DNA of 56,675 bases from Methylomonas sp. (GCA_026988195.1 JALSLS010000237.1:1-56675); one strand, 5' to 3'; counted from the stretch's first letter, positions 29,139-43,631 are shown. Program-made: numbers and translations. Notes: generated by a model not told the origin, from the letters alone.

Positions 29139-29749
29139 GCTAAACGCTCCTCAACTTGTTTAACTGCAACTGCTGTTGCAATCACCTTGTCAGCAGCCAC
29201 TAAAGTAACTGGATCAAGACTACTCACAGTTGCAATATCAACATAAGGAATATTTCTTGTAGCAAGAATCAAATTATCCGTTATCTCTTCGACCAAGATT
29301 AAAACACGCTTAGCATCAACAACTGACAACTTAGCAACCATATCTTTAGTTTTTGGAGATTCTGGTAATATCTCGTTACTTATAACCAATCTATCTTGAC
29401 GTAACAATTCAGACAATATTGAACGAATACCTACTCGGTACATCTTCTTATTTATCTTCTGTGTAAAGGATTTAGGTTGTGCAGCAAATGTCACACCACC
29501 TGAACGCCAAAGTGGACTGCTCATTGTACCAGCTCTTGCTCGGCCTGTCCCTTTTTGTCTCCAAGGTTTAGCTCCACCACCAGCAACAGCAGCTCTGTTT
29601 TTTTGTGCTTTAGTTCCAGCACGCGCACCAGCTTGGTATCTAACAACCAATTGATGTACTAATGTTTCATTGAATTCTTGACCAAAAATATTTTCAGCAA
29701 CATCAACAGCTGAACTTTGATCATTAATTGCAGGTATTTGCAAAGTCAT
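29135..29749 (-). CDS. rplD: 50S ribosomal protein L4
   Basis: 204 aa with KPWRQKGTGRARAG. Confidence 0.97.
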   Translation of the reverse strand: MTLQIPAINDQSSAVDVAENIFGQEFNETLVHQLVVRYQAGARAGTKAQKNRAAVAGGGAKPWRQKGTGRARAGTMSSPLWRSGGVTFAAQPKSFTQKINKKMYRVGIRSILSELLRQDRLVISNEILPESPKTKDMVAKLSVVDAKRVLILVEEITDNLILATRNIPYVDIATVSSLDPVTLVAADKVIATAVAVKQVEERLA

Positions 29750-29752
29750 AAC

Positions 29753-30403
29753 TTAACCTTTATTTCGCATTTTCACGGCAGGAGTAATAATCACATCGCC
29801 GCCTTTAGCACCAGGAACAGCCCCCGTTACTAAAATTAAATTTCTCTCAACGTCAATGGAGTGAATTGTTAAATTCTGAACAGTTCTTTTAACTGCCCCC
29901 ATATGACCTGACATTTTCTTGCCCTTGAAAACACGACCCGGCGTTTGACACATACCGATAGATCCGTTTGATCTATGAGAAATCGAGTTACCATGAGTTG
30001 CATCTTGCATACCAAAATTATGGCGCTTAATGCCCCCTTGAAACCCTTTCCCAATAGAAGTGCCGGAAGCATCAACAACCTGCCCCTCACTAAACATATC
30101 CAAAGCAAGCTCGGAGCCAGCAGATAATCCTTCACCCTCACCGTCGTCCAGCCTGAATTCAACTAAATCACGCCCCGCTGTAACATTTGCTGCTGCATAA
30201 TGTCCAGCCAGTGCCTTTCCAACTCTTGATGATTTTTTATCACCAACTGCTACTTGGATTGCACGATAACCATCATTATCAACACTTTTGACTTGAACAA
30301 CTCTATTTGAGTTAATCTCAAGTACTGTTACCGGTACTGAAACACCATCTTCAGTAAAAACTCGGGTCATACCACATTTACGACCAATAAGACCTATTGA
30401 CAT
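29753..30403 (-). CDS. rplC: 50S ribosomal protein L3
   Basis: 216 aa with [17 protein letters not shown]. Confidence 0.97.
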   Translation of the reverse strand: MSIGLIGRKCGMTRVFTEDGVSVPVTVLEINSNRVVQVKSVDNDGYRAIQVAVGDKKSSRVGKALAGHYAAANVTAGRDLVEFRLDDGEGEGLSAGSELALDMFSEGQVVDASGTSIGKGFQGGIKRHNFGMQDATHGNSISHRSNGSIGMCQTPGRVFKGKKMSGHMGAVKRTVQNLTIHSIDVERNLILVTGAVPGAKGGDVIITPAVKMRNKG

Positions 30404-30443
30404 CTGTCAATTCCTCGTACTTACAAATACCCTTACGAGTATT

Positions 30444-30755
30444 TTATTTTAATTTAATTTGAACATCGACCCCAGCTGCAAGATCAATTTTCATCAATGC
30501 ATCTACGGTTTTATCAGTGGGCTCAACAATATCAAGCAACCTCTTATATGTTCTTAACTCATACTGATCTCGTGCATCTTTATTTACATGCGGAGATATC
30601 AATATAGTGAATCTTTCTTTTTTAGTAGGCAACGGAATGGGGCCCTTGACTTGGGCACCCGTTCTTTTTGCTGTCTCTACTATCTCACCAGCTGACTGAT
30701 CGATTAATTTATGATCAAAAGCTTTAAGGCGAATCCTGATAGTTTGATTTGACAT
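30444..30755 (-). CDS. rpsJ: 30S ribosomal protein S10
   Basis: 103 aa with [16 protein letters not shown]. It starts only 5 nt after the tuf stop. Confidence 0.97.
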   Translation of the reverse strand: MSNQTIRIRLKAFDHKLIDQSAGEIVETAKRTGAQVKGPIPLPTKKERFTILISPHVNKDARDQYELRTYKRLLDIVEPTDKTVDALMKIDLAAGVDVQIKLK

Positions 30756-30760
30756 TTATT

Positions 30761-31981
30761 TTACTCAACGATTGAAGCAACAACACCCGCACCAACTGTG
30801 CGACCACCTTCACGTACTGCGAAACGTAAACCTTCTTCCATCGCAATTGGATTGATCAAAGTTACTTCAACAGTTACGTTATCACCCGGCATTACCATTT
30901 CAACACCATCCTGAAGCTCTACGGCACCAGTAATATCAGTTGTTCTAAAGTAAAACTGTGGACGATACCCATTAAAGAAAGGAGTGTGACGACCACCCTC
31001 ATCTTTAGATAAAACATAAATTTCAGCTTTAAATTTTGAATGCGGGTTTACAGATCCAGGATGTGCCAACACTTGACCACGCTCAACCTCTTCACGCTTC
31101 GTTCCACGCAATAAAACACCAACATTATCGCCCGCTTCACCTTGATCTAGTAATTTACGGAACATCTCAACACCAGTACATGTTGTTTTAGCTGTATCTT
31201 TAATACCAATGATCTCTAACTCTTCACCGACCTTAACAACACCACGCTCAATACGACCGGTTACAACTGTTCCACGACCTGAAATTGAGAATACATCTTC
31301 AACAGGCATAATAAAAGCACCATCAATAGCACGCTCAGGAAGAGGAATATAAGTGTCTAGTGCTTCAACTAATTTAAGCACAGAAGGAACGCCCACTTCA
31401 GATGTATCACCTTCCAGCGCCTTCAATGCTGAACCAACGACAATTGGAGTATCATCACCAGGAAATTCATACTGGTCTAATAACTCACGTAACTCCATCT
31501 CAACCAATTCAATCATTTCGTCATACTCTTCAGTATGCAGACCACCACAATCTTCAGCAAGAATATCAGCTTTGTTCAAGTAAACAACGACATATGGAAC
31601 ACCAACTTGTCTTGATAGCAAGATATGTTCGCGTGTTTGAGGCATTGGACCATCAGTTGCTCCACACACCAAAATCGCACCATCCATTTGAGCAGCACCA
31701 GTAATCATATTTTTTACATAATCGGCGTGACCTGGACAGTCAACATGCGCATAATGACGGGTTTCCGATTCATATTCTACGTGTGAAGTAGCGATTGTAA
31801 TACCACGCTCTCTTTCTTCAGGAGCATTATCAATCTCATCAAATGCCTTAACTTCCCCACCCATTGCCTCAGCCATTACTTTTGTTAAAGCTGCTGTCAA
31901 TGTTGTTTTACCATGATCCACGTGTCCGATTGTACCAACGTTTACATGGGGTTTATTTCTTTCAAATTTTTCTTTAGCCAT
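30761..31981 (-). CDS. tuf: Elongation factor Tu
   Basis: 406 aa with [21 protein letters not shown] and NKAD. It is collinear with E. coli EF-Tu apart from a ~10-aa insertion after NKAD (see findings). Confidence 0.98.
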   Translation of the reverse strand: MAKEKFERNKPHVNVGTIGHVDHGKTTLTAALTKVMAEAMGGEVKAFDEIDNAPEERERGITIATSHVEYESETRHYAHVDCPGHADYVKNMITGAAQMDGAILVCGATDGPMPQTREHILLSRQVGVPYVVVYLNKADILAEDCGGLHTEEYDEMIELVEMELRELLDQYEFPGDDTPIVVGSALKALEGDTSEVGVPSVLKLVEALDTYIPLPERAIDGAFIMPVEDVFSISGRGTVVTGRIERGVVKVGEELEIIGIKDTAKTTCTGVEMFRKLLDQGEAGDNVGVLLRGTKREEVERGQVLAHPGSVNPHSKFKAEIYVLSKDEGGRHTPFFNGYRPQFYFRTTDITGAVELQDGVEMVMPGDNVTVEVTLINPIAMEEGLRFAVREGGRTVGAGVVASIVE

Positions 31982-32018
31982 GAGTCATTACCTTTAGTCT
32001 TTTAACTTTATAAATTTT

Positions 32019-34109
32019 TTATAAAACTTTTTTTACAATAGCTTCCGCAATTTTTGCAGGTGCTTCGCCATATTTTTCAAACTGCATACTGTATGTTGCT
32101 CGCCCCTGTGTTGCTGAGCGTAAATCAGTTGCATAACCAAACATTTCTGCCAGTGGAACTTCGCTCTCTATCGTCGTCCCTGCTGGAGAGTCATCCATCC
32201 CTAGCACACATCCGCGACGCCTATTAATATCGCCAACAACATCCCCCAAATAATCTTGGGGAGTAACCACCTCAACCTTCATTAAAGGTTCAAGTAACAC
32301 AGGATTTGCAGTTATCGTTCCATCCCTGAAAGCTATAGATCCTGCTATTTTGAAAGCCATTTCATTCGAATCGACATCATGATATGACCCATCGAACAAA
32401 GTAACTTTTACATCTACAACTGGAAAACCGGCTACCACGCCACTCTCCATTTGATCTTGTATTCCCTTATCAATTGCAGGAATATACTCCTTTGGTACCG
32501 CATCACCTGCAATCTTATTAACAAATTCATAACCTGACCCCCTTTCCATAGGTTCCAGCTTTAAGCAAACATGTCCATATTGACCACGCCCACCCATTTC
32601 TTTAATAAACTTTCCTTCACACTCTATCGTTTTAGCAATTGATTCACGATATGCAACTTGAGGGTCACCTACATTCGCCTCAACACCAAACTCTCTTTTT
32701 AAGCGATCCACAATTATTTCTAAATGCAACTCACCCATTCCAGAAATAATGGTCTGTCCTGAATCTTCATCTGCAATAACTATAAATGACGGGTCTTCTT
32801 GAGCCAACCTTTCGAAGCCTAATGCCATTTTATCCTGATCAGCCATTGTCTTTGGCTCTACTGCAATTGAAATAACAGGCTCAGGAAACTCCATCTTTTC
32901 CAAGATAATAGGGCTTTTTAAGTCGCTCAAGGTATCACCCGTTGTTACCAACTTCAACCCGATAGCTGCCGCTATATCACCAGCCCTTACTTCTCGAACC
33001 TCTTCCCGACTATTAGCATGCATTTGAACAATCCGCCCAACTCGCTCCCGCTTACCTTTTGAAGCGTTAAATACAACACTGCCAGACTGTAAAACTCCCG
33101 AATAAACTCTAAAAAAAGCCAGCGAACCCACAAATGGGTCTGTTGCTATTTTAAAAGCCAAAGCCGAAAAAGGCTCATCATCATCAGCATGTCTCAATTG
33201 ACCTTCTGACTCAGCTATTCCGCTTACCGACCCAACATCCTTAGGGGAAGGCAAATAATCAACCACTGCATCTAACAAGGATTGAACACCTTTATTCTTA
33301 AATGCCGAACCACACAACACAGGAACAATTTCATTTTTTAAAACTTGAACCCTAATCCCTGCTTTAATTTCAGCCTCTGTCAAATCACCTTCTTCAAGGT
33401 ACTTTTCCATCAACTCGTCACTTCCATCAACAGCAATTTCTAACATTTTTTCTCGCCATTCTTCAGCAAGATCTACCATATTAGCCGGAATAGCTTTTTC
33501 TTCAAAAGCCACCCCTACATTCCCTTCTTCCCAATAGATCGCTTTCATTTTAACAAGGTCTACAACCCCCTCAAACGAATCCTCCACACCTATTGGCAAC
33601 TGAATAGCAACTGGAAAAGCGTTTAATCTTTCTTTTATTTGAGCAATTACCCGAATAAAGTCCGCACCAGAGCGATCCATCTTATTCACAAAAACAACTC
33701 GTGGAACACTGTACTTATTCGCTTGACGCCAAACCGTCTCTGATTGTGGCTCAACACCACCAACAGCACAAAAGACTGCACAAGCACCATCAAGTACACG
33801 CAACGAACGTTCGACCTCAATGGTAAAGTCCACATGCCCTGGCGTATCAATTATATTAATTCGATGCTGAGGGTATTGCTTCCTCATACCCGACCAAAAA
33901 CATGTAGTTGCAGCAGAGGTTATTGTTATCCCCCTCTCCTGCTCCTGCTCCATCCAATCCATTGTTGCAGCACCATCATGAACCTCACCAATCTTATGAG
34001 ACACTCCAGTGTAATACAAAATCCTTTCCGTTGTGGTCGTCTTGCCGGCATCTATATGCGCCATAATCCCTATATTTCTATAACGATCAATTGATGTCTC
34101 TCGAGCCAC
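32019..34109 (-). CDS. fusA: Elongation factor G (str-operon copy)
   Basis: 696 aa with [15 protein letters not shown] and [24 protein letters not shown]. It is in the canonical position after rpsG. Confidence 0.98.
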   Translation of the reverse strand: MARETSIDRYRNIGIMAHIDAGKTTTTERILYYTGVSHKIGEVHDGAATMDWMEQEQERGITITSAATTCFWSGMRKQYPQHRINIIDTPGHVDFTIEVERSLRVLDGACAVFCAVGGVEPQSETVWRQANKYSVPRVVFVNKMDRSGADFIRVIAQIKERLNAFPVAIQLPIGVEDSFEGVVDLVKMKAIYWEEGNVGVAFEEKAIPANMVDLAEEWREKMLEIAVDGSDELMEKYLEEGDLTEAEIKAGIRVQVLKNEIVPVLCGSAFKNKGVQSLLDAVVDYLPSPKDVGSVSGIAESEGQLRHADDDEPFSALAFKIATDPFVGSLAFFRVYSGVLQSGSVVFNASKGKRERVGRIVQMHANSREEVREVRAGDIAAAIGLKLVTTGDTLSDLKSPIILEKMEFPEPVISIAVEPKTMADQDKMALGFERLAQEDPSFIVIADEDSGQTIISGMGELHLEIIVDRLKREFGVEANVGDPQVAYRESIAKTIECEGKFIKEMGGRGQYGHVCLKLEPMERGSGYEFVNKIAGDAVPKEYIPAIDKGIQDQMESGVVAGFPVVDVKVTLFDGSYHDVDSNEMAFKIAGSIAFRDGTITANPVLLEPLMKVEVVTPQDYLGDVVGDINRRRGCVLGMDDSPAGTTIESEVPLAEMFGYATDLRSATQGRATYSMQFEKYGEAPAKIAEAIVKKVL

Positions 34110-34138
34110 AACAATATTCCTTTTTTACAGCGTACAAT

Positions 34139-34612
<474 letters not shown>

Positions 34613-34623
34613 TTAATTCTCCT

Positions 34624-34998
34624 TTATGACTTAGGCTTTTTAGTGCCGTATTTTGAACGGCCTGCTTTCCTACCGTCAACACCAGAAGTATCAAGACTTC
34701 CTCGAACAACGTGGTAACGCACACCAGGTAAATCTTTAACCCTTCCACCACGAATCAAGACCACGGAATGCTCTTGTAAGTTGTGACCTTCACCGCCAAT
34801 ATAGCTACTTACCTCGTAACCACTAGTCAATCGAACCCTTGCAACTTTACGCATTGCTGAGTTTGGTTTTTTAGGCGTAGTCGTATAAACACGAGTACAA
34901 ACCCCACGCCTTTGAGGACAAGCCTTCAACGCAGGAACCTTACTTTTTTCTACTTTTTTAGCACGAGGCTTACGAACCAACTGGTTGATCGTTGCCAT
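34624..34998 (-). CDS. rpsL: 30S ribosomal protein S12
   Basis: 124 aa with [12 protein letters not shown]...[16 protein letters not shown]. Confidence 0.98.
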   Translation of the reverse strand: MATINQLVRKPRAKKVEKSKVPALKACPQRRGVCTRVYTTTPKKPNSAMRKVARVRLTSGYEVSSYIGGEGHNLQEHSVVLIRGGRVKDLPGVRYHVVRGSLDTSGVDGRKAGRSKYGTKKPKS

Positions 34999-35039
34999 AT
35001 CTACTTACTCCGATATACAAATATTAATTACCAAATAAT

Positions 35040-35069
35040 AAAAAGAACCACATATAAATGCAGTGGCTC
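35040..35069 (-). terminator. Intrinsic-terminator-like hairpin between rpoC and rpsL
   Basis: The minus strand reads gagccac-tgcatttatat-gtggttc-tttttattattt. It has a 7-bp stem (one G-U pair) followed by a U-rich tract. It is about 94 nt after the rpoC stop and about 47 nt before the rpsL ATG. Confidence 0.5.
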
Positions 35070-35118
35070 TTAGCATCTATTCAACACTGGCCTGGCTCTT
35101 AGCTCATGTGAGCCGAAT

Positions 35119-35148
35119 ATCTTAACTTTAACACGCCAGCAAGGTCAA
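35119..35148 (-). promoter_or_regulatory. Candidate promoter upstream of rpsL
   Basis: The minus strand reads TTGACC, an 18-nt spacer, then TAAGAT, immediately downstream of the rpoC stop. This rests on the sequence match alone. Confidence 0.3.
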
Positions 35149-35162
35149 GTCTTTTTTTACTA

Positions 35163-38100
35163 TTAACCCTCTTCAGTATTTAAAGCCTGCTTTAGCGCTT
35201 CTTCAACATCACTAGCATCAACCACTCCAGCCTCAACAGGTGCAGCTTTTGAAGCCTTACCCTGCAACCTCTTTTTTCTCAGCTCATGATATGCTAGCCC
35301 TGTTCCTGCAGGGATTAAACGACCCACAATGACATTCTCTTTAAGTCCATTTAAGCCATCACTTATTCCGCGTACTGCCGCATCTGTTAACACTCTTGTT
35401 GTTTCCTGGAATGATGCCGCCGATACAAATGACTCAGTCGCCAATGAAGCCTTGGTAATACCTAATAGAACAGGTTCAAAACTGGCCGGTATTTTACCAT
35501 CCTTTTCCATCTGAGCATTCACTTCATTAAGATAGGTTCTTTCAACCTGCTCACCTTTAACAAAGTCTGTTCCACCTGACGCTGTAATATCAACCTTTCT
35601 AAGCATTTGCCTAATAATAGCCTCAATATGCTTATCATTAATACCAACACCCTGTAAACGGTACACATCCTGAATCTCTTTAACCAAATAGTCAGCGAGC
35701 TCCTCAACCCCCCTTAACCTCAGAATATCATGCGGAGTTAACTCGCCTTCAGCTATTGTTTCACCCTTTTCAACAAACTCCCCTTCGAAAACAGTAATAT
35801 GACGCCATTTTGGAATCAATGTTTCATACTGCTCACCATCACCATCAGTGATAACCACACGCTGCTTCCCTTTTGTCTCTTTACCAAAAGAAACCATACC
35901 CGTAGCTTCCGCTAAAATCGCAGGATCCTTAGTTTTGCGCGCTTCAAATAAATCTGCAACACGAGGTAAACCACCCGTAATATCCCTGGTTTTACTTGAC
36001 TCTTGAGGTATCCTAGCCAACACATCACCAACCCTTACCTCACCGCCATCTTTAATTTCTGCAATCGCCCCAGCCGGTAGGAAGTACTGTGCCGGAATTT
36101 CTGTTCCAGATAAATGAATCCCCTCCCCTTCACTATCAAGCAATCTGACCATCGGCCTTAGCTCCTTACCTGCAGCACTTCTCTGCTTAGGATCAGTCAC
36201 CACTCGTGAAGTTAAACCTGTTACTTCATCTAAATGCTCTTGAACAGTAACTCCATCGACAAAATCAATAAGCTGAACAAAACCATTCACCTCGGTTACC
36301 ACTGGGTGCGTATGTGGATCCCAAGTAACAATAATGTCACCCGCATTTACCGAGCCACCCTCAGCTACAGTCAATACCGCACCATAAGGTATTTTATAAC
36401 GCTCACGCTCTCTTCCATAAGCATCAACAACACCCACCTCACCAGAACGGGAAACCGCAACAAGGTGCGAGTCTTTATCTTTTACCGTTTTTAAATTATT
36501 CAGCCTAATAGTACCTGCCGACTTAACCTGAACATTACTGATTGCAACTGATCTAGATGCCGCCCCACCAATATGAAAGGTACGCATTGTTAACTGTGTT
36601 CCTGGCTCACCAATTGACTGAGCAGCTACAACCCCAACTGCCTCACCAATATTAACCAGATGCCCGCGCCCTAAGTCACGACCATAACACTTGGCACATA
36701 CCCCATGACGCGCATCACAGGTAATAATTGAGCGAACCAACAGGCTATCTACATTATTATCTTCTAATAGGGAAACCATAGACTCATCAATCATTGTCCC
36801 GCTTGGAATTATAATCTGATCATCTTTCTGTCTAAGCACGTCATGAACAACCACTCGACCGAGCACACGAGCAGACAAAGACTCGACAACATCACCACCT
36901 TCAATAACGGGAGTCATGGTCAGGCCATTTGTCGATCCACAGTCCTGTATTAAAACAACTAAATCCTGTGCAACATCAACCAACCTACGCGTCAAATAAC
37001 CTGAGTTAGCTGTTTTCAGTGCTGTATCTGCAAGACCTTTCCGTGCCCCATGCGTTGATATAAAGTACTGCAGAACATCCAACCCTTCACGGAAGTTTGC
37101 TGTAATCGGCGTTTCAATAATTGACCCATCGGGCTTAGCCATCAACCCACGCATACCCGCAAGCTGACGAATCTGTGCCGCCGAACCCCTAGCTCCTGAT
37201 TCAGCCATCATAAAGACAGAGTTAAATGACTTCTCCATTACGGTATCACCTGCAGCATTAACAGCCTCATCCTCACCCAACCCTTCCATCATGGCTTTTG
37301 CAACTTGTTCGTTCGCATGAGACCAAATATCAACGACTTTATTGTATCGCTCACCATCAGTTACCAAGCCTGAAGCATACTGCCCCTGAATTTCTGTAAC
37401 TTCTGCCTCTGCCGCGTCGAGAATACCCTGCTTCTTTTCAGGTATTTCCATATCCTCAATACCAACTGACACACCTGATCGAGTTGCATATTTAAAACCT
37501 AAATACATGATTTTATCAGCTAACATGACTGTTTTTTTATTCCCTAAATGGCGATAGCTGTAATTGATTAATTTTGAGATATTCTTTTTAGTCATATCCA
37601 CATTAACAACATCAAAAGGCATTCCTTCAGGTACAATTGCCCATAACAGAGCTCGCCCTACTGTTGTTTCACGCCTTTTAACCGCTACTACTTCTTCTCC
37701 ATCATCAGCGATTATCGTTTCTGATACTCGAAGCTGGATTTTAGTTTGCAACTCAACCGACTTACTATCTAACGCTTTATTAACCTCATCAAGATCAACA
37801 AAGACACTCCCCTCACCCTTAGCATTAATTTTTTCACGTGTTATATAATACAGACCAATAACAACATCTTGAGATGGGTTAATGACCGGCTCGCCATTCG
37901 CTGGGGATAGAATATTATTTGTTGCCATCATCAAAATTCTGGCTTCAAGCTGCGCCTCAATTGATAAAGGAACATGAACGGCCATTTGGTCACCGTCAAA
38001 GTCAGCATTAAAAGCACTACAGACTAAAGGATGCAGCTGAATTGCCTTACCTTCAATTAATGTAGGTTCAAACGCTTGAATACCTAATCTATGCAATGTT

Positions 38101-39380
38101 GGTGCACGGTTTAACATAATGGGGTGCTCACGGATAACTTCTTCAAGTATATCCCAGACTTCAGTACCTTCTCTTTCAACCATTTTCTTGGCAGCTTTAA
38201 TGGTTGTTGCCAATCCTCTAAACTGCAACTTACTAAAGATAAATGGTTTGAATAACTCTAATGCCATTTTTTTAGGCAATCCGCATTGATGCAATTTCAA
38301 TGTTGGCCCAACTACAATGACTGAACGACCTGAATAATCAACTCGCTTCCCTAATAAATTCTGTCTAAAACGTCCCTGCTTACCTTTGATCATATCGGCT
38401 AATGATTTCAAAGGCCTTCTATTTGTACCGGTAATGGCTCTACCACGGCGCCCATTATCTAACAAAGCATCGACAGACTCTTGTAACATACGCTTTTCAT
38501 TACGCACAATAATATCAGGAGCATTCAGATCCAATAAGCGTCTTAAACGATTATTTCTATTGATAACTCTACGATACAAATCGTTTAAATCAGAAGTTGC
38601 AAATCGCCCACCATCCAAAGGTACTAATGGGCGCAACTCAGGAGGTAAAACAGGTAAGACAGTCATAATCATCCATTCTGGACGATTATTTGATGCTACC
38701 AATGACTCAATAACCTTAAGACGCTTAGAGTACTTTTTAATTTTAGTTTCTGAATTAGTGGAATTAATTTCCTCACGAAGAATATTGACTTCTTCTTTTA
38801 AATCAATCGACTTTAAAAGCTCAAAAACCGCTTCCGCACCCATTTTGGCATCAAACTCATCACCGTGCTCTTCAACCGCATCCAAGAACTCATCATCTGT
38901 TAACAGCTGACCACGTTCCAGCGATGTCATGCCAGGGTCTAGTACGACGAAAGACTCAAAATACAGCACTCGCTCAATCCCTCGCAATGTCATATCCAAT
39001 AACAATGCGATTCTTGAAGGTAATGATTTTAAAAACCAAATATGCGCAACGGGGCTTGCTAAATCAATATGCCCCATTCTTTCCCGTCTAACTTTTGAGA
39101 TAGTAACTTCAACACCACATTTCTCACAAATCACACCGCGATGCTTTAATCTTTTGTATTTTCCACACAAACATTCATAATCACTGACTGGACCAAAAAT
39201 CTTTGCACAAAACAAACCATCACGCTCTGGCTTAAACGTTCTATAGTTAATTGTTTCGGGCTTTTTCACTTCTCCATATGACCAAGAACGGATCATATTA
39301 GGTGACGATAAACCAATACGTATACCATCAAAATCATCTGTACGACCTTGACGCTTTAGGAAATTCATTAAATCTTTCAA
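35163..39380 (-). CDS. rpoC: DNA-directed RNA polymerase subunit beta-prime
   Basis: 1405 aa. MKDLMNFLK...[35 protein letters not shown] is collinear with E. coli RpoC, and the catalytic NADFDGD is present. The start codon is TTG, preceded by AGAGGA. Confidence 0.99.
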   Translation of the reverse strand: MKDLMNFLKRQGRTDDFDGIRIGLSSPNMIRSWSYGEVKKPETINYRTFKPERDGLFCAKIFGPVSDYECLCGKYKRLKHRGVICEKCGVEVTISKVRRERMGHIDLASPVAHIWFLKSLPSRIALLLDMTLRGIERVLYFESFVVLDPGMTSLERGQLLTDDEFLDAVEEHGDEFDAKMGAEAVFELLKSIDLKEEVNILREEINSTNSETKIKKYSKRLKVIESLVASNNRPEWMIMTVLPVLPPELRPLVPLDGGRFATSDLNDLYRRVINRNNRLRRLLDLNAPDIIVRNEKRMLQESVDALLDNGRRGRAITGTNRRPLKSLADMIKGKQGRFRQNLLGKRVDYSGRSVIVVGPTLKLHQCGLPKKMALELFKPFIFSKLQFRGLATTIKAAKKMVEREGTEVWDILEEVIREHPIMLNRAPTLHRLGIQAFEPTLIEGKAIQLHPLVCSAFNADFDGDQMAVHVPLSIEAQLEARILMMATNNILSPANGEPVINPSQDVVIGLYYITREKINAKGEGSVFVDLDEVNKALDSKSVELQTKIQLRVSETIIADDGEEVVAVKRRETTVGRALLWAIVPEGMPFDVVNVDMTKKNISKLINYSYRHLGNKKTVMLADKIMYLGFKYATRSGVSVGIEDMEIPEKKQGILDAAEAEVTEIQGQYASGLVTDGERYNKVVDIWSHANEQVAKAMMEGLGEDEAVNAAGDTVMEKSFNSVFMMAESGARGSAAQIRQLAGMRGLMAKPDGSIIETPITANFREGLDVLQYFISTHGARKGLADTALKTANSGYLTRRLVDVAQDLVVLIQDCGSTNGLTMTPVIEGGDVVESLSARVLGRVVVHDVLRQKDDQIIIPSGTMIDESMVSLLEDNNVDSLLVRSIITCDARHGVCAKCYGRDLGRGHLVNIGEAVGVVAAQSIGEPGTQLTMRTFHIGGAASRSVAISNVQVKSAGTIRLNNLKTVKDKDSHLVAVSRSGEVGVVDAYGRERERYKIPYGAVLTVAEGGSVNAGDIIVTWDPHTHPVVTEVNGFVQLIDFVDGVTVQEHLDEVTGLTSRVVTDPKQRSAAGKELRPMVRLLDSEGEGIHLSGTEIPAQYFLPAGAIAEIKDGGEVRVGDVLARIPQESSKTRDITGGLPRVADLFEARKTKDPAILAEATGMVSFGKETKGKQRVVITDGDGEQYETLIPKWRHITVFEGEFVEKGETIAEGELTPHDILRLRGVEELADYLVKEIQDVYRLQGVGINDKHIEAIIRQMLRKVDITASGGTDFVKGEQVERTYLNEVNAQMEKDGKIPASFEPVLLGITKASLATESFVSAASFQETTRVLTDAAVRGISDGLNGLKENVIVGRLIPAGTGLAYHELRKKRLQGKASKAAPVEAGVVDASDVEEALKQALNTEEG

Positions 39381-39560
39381 GAGCTTGTCCTCTTTATTTT
39401 ACCTGGCTTTCACTGAATACAATCATTTGCACTCCGTGTAAAATTAATCCATTATTTATAGCTATCTTAAATAAGCAGCCTATAGCACTCGCTACAAACT
39501 GCTCACACTTAATAACATTTTGATAAATAATCTCTAGATACTGTCCTACTTATTGAGCGA

Positions 39561-42500
39561 CTACTCTAACTCAATATTTACAGCCAATGACCGTATCTCT
39601 TTAATCAATACATTAAATGACTCAGGCATACCTGGATCCATTGTATGATTACCATCAACAATATTTTTATACATTTTAGTTCGACCGTTCACATCATCCG
39701 ACTTCACAGTCAACATTTCTTGTAATGTATATGCTGCACCATATGCTTCAAGTGCCCACACTTCCATTTCTCCAAAACGCTGCCCCCCAAATTGTGCTTT
39801 ACCACCTAGTGGCTGCTGGGTTACCAAACTATATGGCCCTGTTGATCTAGCATGCATTTTGTCATCAACTAAATGGTTTAGTTTCAACATATACATATAA
39901 CCTACTGTGATTTTACGCTCAAAAGGTTCTCCAGTTAGGCCGTCATATAAAGTTATTTGGCCACTTTCAGGCAAATCAGCTAAGCGTAGCATGGCTTTAA
40001 TCTCTTTCTCAGAAGCACCATCAAATACTGGAGTCGCCATTGGAACACCACGAACTAAGTTCCCAGCCATTTCCAGAATTTCTAGATCGGAAAATGAATC
40101 CAAATCTTCTTTCTTTCCACTATGATTGTAAATCTTATCTAGAAATTGGCGAATTTCAACAACCTTTGCCTGTGCCTCAAGCATCTTTCCAATTTTCACA
40201 CCTAAACCACTTGCAGCCCACCCTAGATGAGTCTCAAGAATCTGCCCCACGTTCATCCTTGACGGAACACCTAATGGGTTTAACAATATATCTATTGGAT
40301 TACCATCAGCGGTATAAGGCATATCTTCGACAGGGACAATTTGAGAAATAACCCCTTTATTTCCATGTCGACCCGCCATTTTATCACCAGGCTGAATGCG
40401 CTTTTTAACAGCCAGATAAACTTTAACCATTTTAAGCACACCTGGCGCCAAATCATCACCCATAGTGATTTTTGTACGCTTTGACTCAAACCTAGCATCA
40501 AATTCTTTACGTTGCTGTTCAATCTGAGCCGCTACCGATTCAAGCTGAACATTAATATCTTCATCTTGAACTTTAATTTTTAACCAATCAGATTTAAGCG
40601 CTCCATCTAAAATATCTTGAGTTAACTCTGTGCCCTTCTTGATATCAGCAATACCAGTCTCGGTTTTCTGCCCAAGCAACATTACTGCTATACGATCAAA
40701 AATATCGAGTTCAATTATTTTCAATTGGTCATCAAGATCTTTTTTATAGCGCTTAATTTCGGCTTCTTCAATTTCCAAAGCACGCTTATCTTTACCTACC
40801 CCATCACGAGTAAACACTTGAACATCAATAACAGTTGCACGAATACTTCCTGGCACCCTTAATGAAGTATCTTTCACGTCCGCAGCTTTTTCACCAAAAA
40901 TTGCACGTAGAAGCTTTTCCTCAGGAGTCAATTGAGTTTCACCTTTAGGTGTCACTTTACCAACCAATATATCCCCACCTTTAACTTCAGCTCCCACATA
41001 AACAATACCCGATTCATCAAGTTTTGATAATGCGTCTTCACTTACATTAGGAATATCTGCTGTTATTTCTTCAGGACTATGTTTGGTTTCACGTGCAACA
41101 CAGGTCTTTTCTTCAATATGAATAGTGGTAAAACGATCTTCTTTTACCACTCGTTCAGAGACTAAGATTGAATCTTCAAAGTTATACCCATTCCAAGGCA
41201 TAAAGGCGATTCGCATATTCTGCCCTAGCGCAAGCTCACCAATATCTGTTGAAGGTCCATCTGCAAGAATATCCCCTAAATTAACTATATCTCCAGGCAT
41301 TACTAGAGGTTTTTGGTTTATACAAGTATTCTGATTTGATCTGGTATATTTAGTGAGATTATAAATATCTACACTGGGCACACCTTCAATAGTTTCACTG
41401 TCAGACACCTTAACAACAATACGAGCCGCATCAACTGTTTCGATAATACCACCACGCCTAGCAACAACCGAAACGCCTGAATCTTTTGCCACAACACGTT
41501 CCATTCCCGTTCCAACCAAAGGCTTTTCAGCTCTCAGTGTAGGAACAGCTTGACGCTGCATGTTTGAGCCCATTAATGCCCTGTTCGCATCATCATGCTC
41601 TAAAAATGGAATAATAGATGCCGCTATTGACACAATCTGTTTAGATGATACATCCATATATTGCACAGATTCTGATGAGGCCAAAGTAAATTCGTCTTTA
41701 TGCCTAGCAGGCACCAAGCCTTCCTCTAGTCGGCCATGCTCATTGATAGGAACACTTGACTGGGCAATTACAAAATCACCCTCTTCAATTGCTGACAAGT
41801 AATCAACTTGATCAGTCACTTTTCCATTTTCAATTTTTCTATAAGGTGTTTCTAAAAAGCCATAGGAATTAGTACGCGCATAAACTGACAACGAGTTAAT
41901 CAGACCAATATTTGGCCCCTCAGGCGTTTCAATTGGACAAACTCTACCGTAATGAGTGGTATGTACATCTCGCACCTCAAAGCCTGCCCGCTCTCGGGCA
42001 AGACCACCAGGACCCAATGCTGAAACACGTCGTTTATGAGTCACTTGTGATAATGGATTATTCTGATCCATAAACTGTGACAATTGACTTGAGCCAAAAA
42101 ATTCTTTAACCGCAGCTGAAACAGGTTTAGCATTAATAATTTCTTGCGGCATATAGCCTTCAGAATCAGCTAGTGTCAACCTTTCTCTAACCGCACGTTC
42201 AACACGAACCAAGCCTACTCTAAATTGGTTTTCAATCATTTCGCCAACAGAACGTACACGTCTATTACCTAAGTGATCAATATCATCCACCACACCATTA
42301 CCATTACGGATAGAAATAAGCTCTTTTAATACATCAACAATATCATCTTTGCTTAAGGTTCCCTCACCTTCGGTTTCTTCACGACCTAAACGACGATTAA
42401 ACTTCATTCGCCCTACTGCAGACAGGTCATACCTATCTGAAGTAAAAAATAGATTAGAAAACAGATTTTCTGCTGAGTCTTTTGTTGGAGGCTCGCCTGG

Positions 42501-43631
42501 GCGCATCATCCGATAAATTTCAACCAAGGCCTCCAATCTATTAGTCGAAGAGTCTGCCCTCATTGCATTTGAAATATAAGGCCCTCTATCAAGGTCATTT
42601 ACATATAACACTTCGATATCAGTTACGCCTGCATCAAGCAAGGCCAGGACCAACTCTTCAGTTAGCTCATCATTAACATTTGCAATCAATTCACCTGTTG
42701 ATTGATCAACGATGTTGTGACTTAAAACCTTGCCATATAAATATTCTTTAGGCACATCAATTTCAGAGATGTTTGCTTTATTCATCTTCCTGATGTGTTT
42801 AGCCGTTACCCTACGCCCTTCTTCAACAACTACTTCACCATCATACTTAATATCAAATACAGTCATTTCCCCCCGTAAACGCTCAGGAATAATATGATAC
42901 TTAATACTATCAGACCCTAAAGTGAACTTATTTGTTTCGAAGAACATTTTTATCATGTCTTCATTGTCATACCCTAGCGCACGCAATAAAATGGTTGCCG
43001 GTATTTTACGACGCCTATCAATTCTTACATAAACAGCGTCTTTGTGGTCAAATTCAAAATCTAACCAAGAGCCACGGTAAGGAATAACCCTGGCATTAAA
43101 TAATAATTTCCCAGAGGAGTGTGTTTTACCTTTATCATGATCAAAGAAAACACCCGGGGATCTATGTAATTGAGATACGATAACTCTTTCTGTACCATTA
43201 ATTACAAAAGTACCATTCTCAGTCATTAATGGAAGCTCACCCATGTAAACTTCTTGCTCGCGTATATCCTTAACAACCTTAGCTGTTACCGGAGCATCTT
43301 TATCATATATAACTAAACGAACGAGTACTCTTAGGGGCGCTGCAAATGTAGCACCACGCTGTTGACATTCTCTTACATCAAAAGTAGGCTCACCTAATCT
43401 ATATTTAACATATTCAAGCACTGCATAGCCTGAGTGGCTTACAATAGGAAACACACTAGAAAATGCTCCATGCAAGCCACGTTCCAACCTTTTTTTAGGT
43501 TGAATGCCGTCTTGTAAAAAACCAGCATATGAGTTTATTTGGGTTGCTAATAAGTAGGGTACCTCAAGTACCTCATCAGCTTTTCCAAAATTATTACGAA
43601 TACGTTTTTTTTCGGTAAAAGAATAGGCCAT
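39561..43631 (-). CDS. rpoB: DNA-directed RNA polymerase subunit beta
   Basis: [17 protein letters not shown] matches the RpoB N-terminus. The start is set at that ATG (1356 aa) rather than the 7-codon TTG-initiated ORF-track extension. Confidence 0.99.
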   Translation of the reverse strand: MAYSFTEKKRIRNNFGKADEVLEVPYLLATQINSYAGFLQDGIQPKKRLERGLHGAFSSVFPIVSHSGYAVLEYVKYRLGEPTFDVRECQQRGATFAAPLRVLVRLVIYDKDAPVTAKVVKDIREQEVYMGELPLMTENGTFVINGTERVIVSQLHRSPGVFFDHDKGKTHSSGKLLFNARVIPYRGSWLDFEFDHKDAVYVRIDRRRKIPATILLRALGYDNEDMIKMFFETNKFTLGSDSIKYHIIPERLRGEMTVFDIKYDGEVVVEEGRRVTAKHIRKMNKANISEIDVPKEYLYGKVLSHNIVDQSTGELIANVNDELTEELVLALLDAGVTDIEVLYVNDLDRGPYISNAMRADSSTNRLEALVEIYRMMRPGEPPTKDSAENLFSNLFFTSDRYDLSAVGRMKFNRRLGREETEGEGTLSKDDIVDVLKELISIRNGNGVVDDIDHLGNRRVRSVGEMIENQFRVGLVRVERAVRERLTLADSEGYMPQEIINAKPVSAAVKEFFGSSQLSQFMDQNNPLSQVTHKRRVSALGPGGLARERAGFEVRDVHTTHYGRVCPIETPEGPNIGLINSLSVYARTNSYGFLETPYRKIENGKVTDQVDYLSAIEEGDFVIAQSSVPINEHGRLEEGLVPARHKDEFTLASSESVQYMDVSSKQIVSIAASIIPFLEHDDANRALMGSNMQRQAVPTLRAEKPLVGTGMERVVAKDSGVSVVARRGGIIETVDAARIVVKVSDSETIEGVPSVDIYNLTKYTRSNQNTCINQKPLVMPGDIVNLGDILADGPSTDIGELALGQNMRIAFMPWNGYNFEDSILVSERVVKEDRFTTIHIEEKTCVARETKHSPEEITADIPNVSEDALSKLDESGIVYVGAEVKGGDILVGKVTPKGETQLTPEEKLLRAIFGEKAADVKDTSLRVPGSIRATVIDVQVFTRDGVGKDKRALEIEEAEIKRYKKDLDDQLKIIELDIFDRIAVMLLGQKTETGIADIKKGTELTQDILDGALKSDWLKIKVQDEDINVQLESVAAQIEQQRKEFDARFESKRTKITMGDDLAPGVLKMVKVYLAVKKRIQPGDKMAGRHGNKGVISQIVPVEDMPYTADGNPIDILLNPLGVPSRMNVGQILETHLGWAASGLGVKIGKMLEAQAKVVEIRQFLDKIYNHSGKKEDLDSFSDLEILEMAGNLVRGVPMATPVFDGASEKEIKAMLRLADLPESGQITLYDGLTGEPFERKITVGYMYMLKLNHLVDDKMHARSTGPYSLVTQQPLGGKAQFGGQRFGEMEVWALEAYGAAYTLQEMLTVKSDDVNGRTKMYKNIVDGNHTMDPGMPESFNVLIKEIRSLAVNIELE

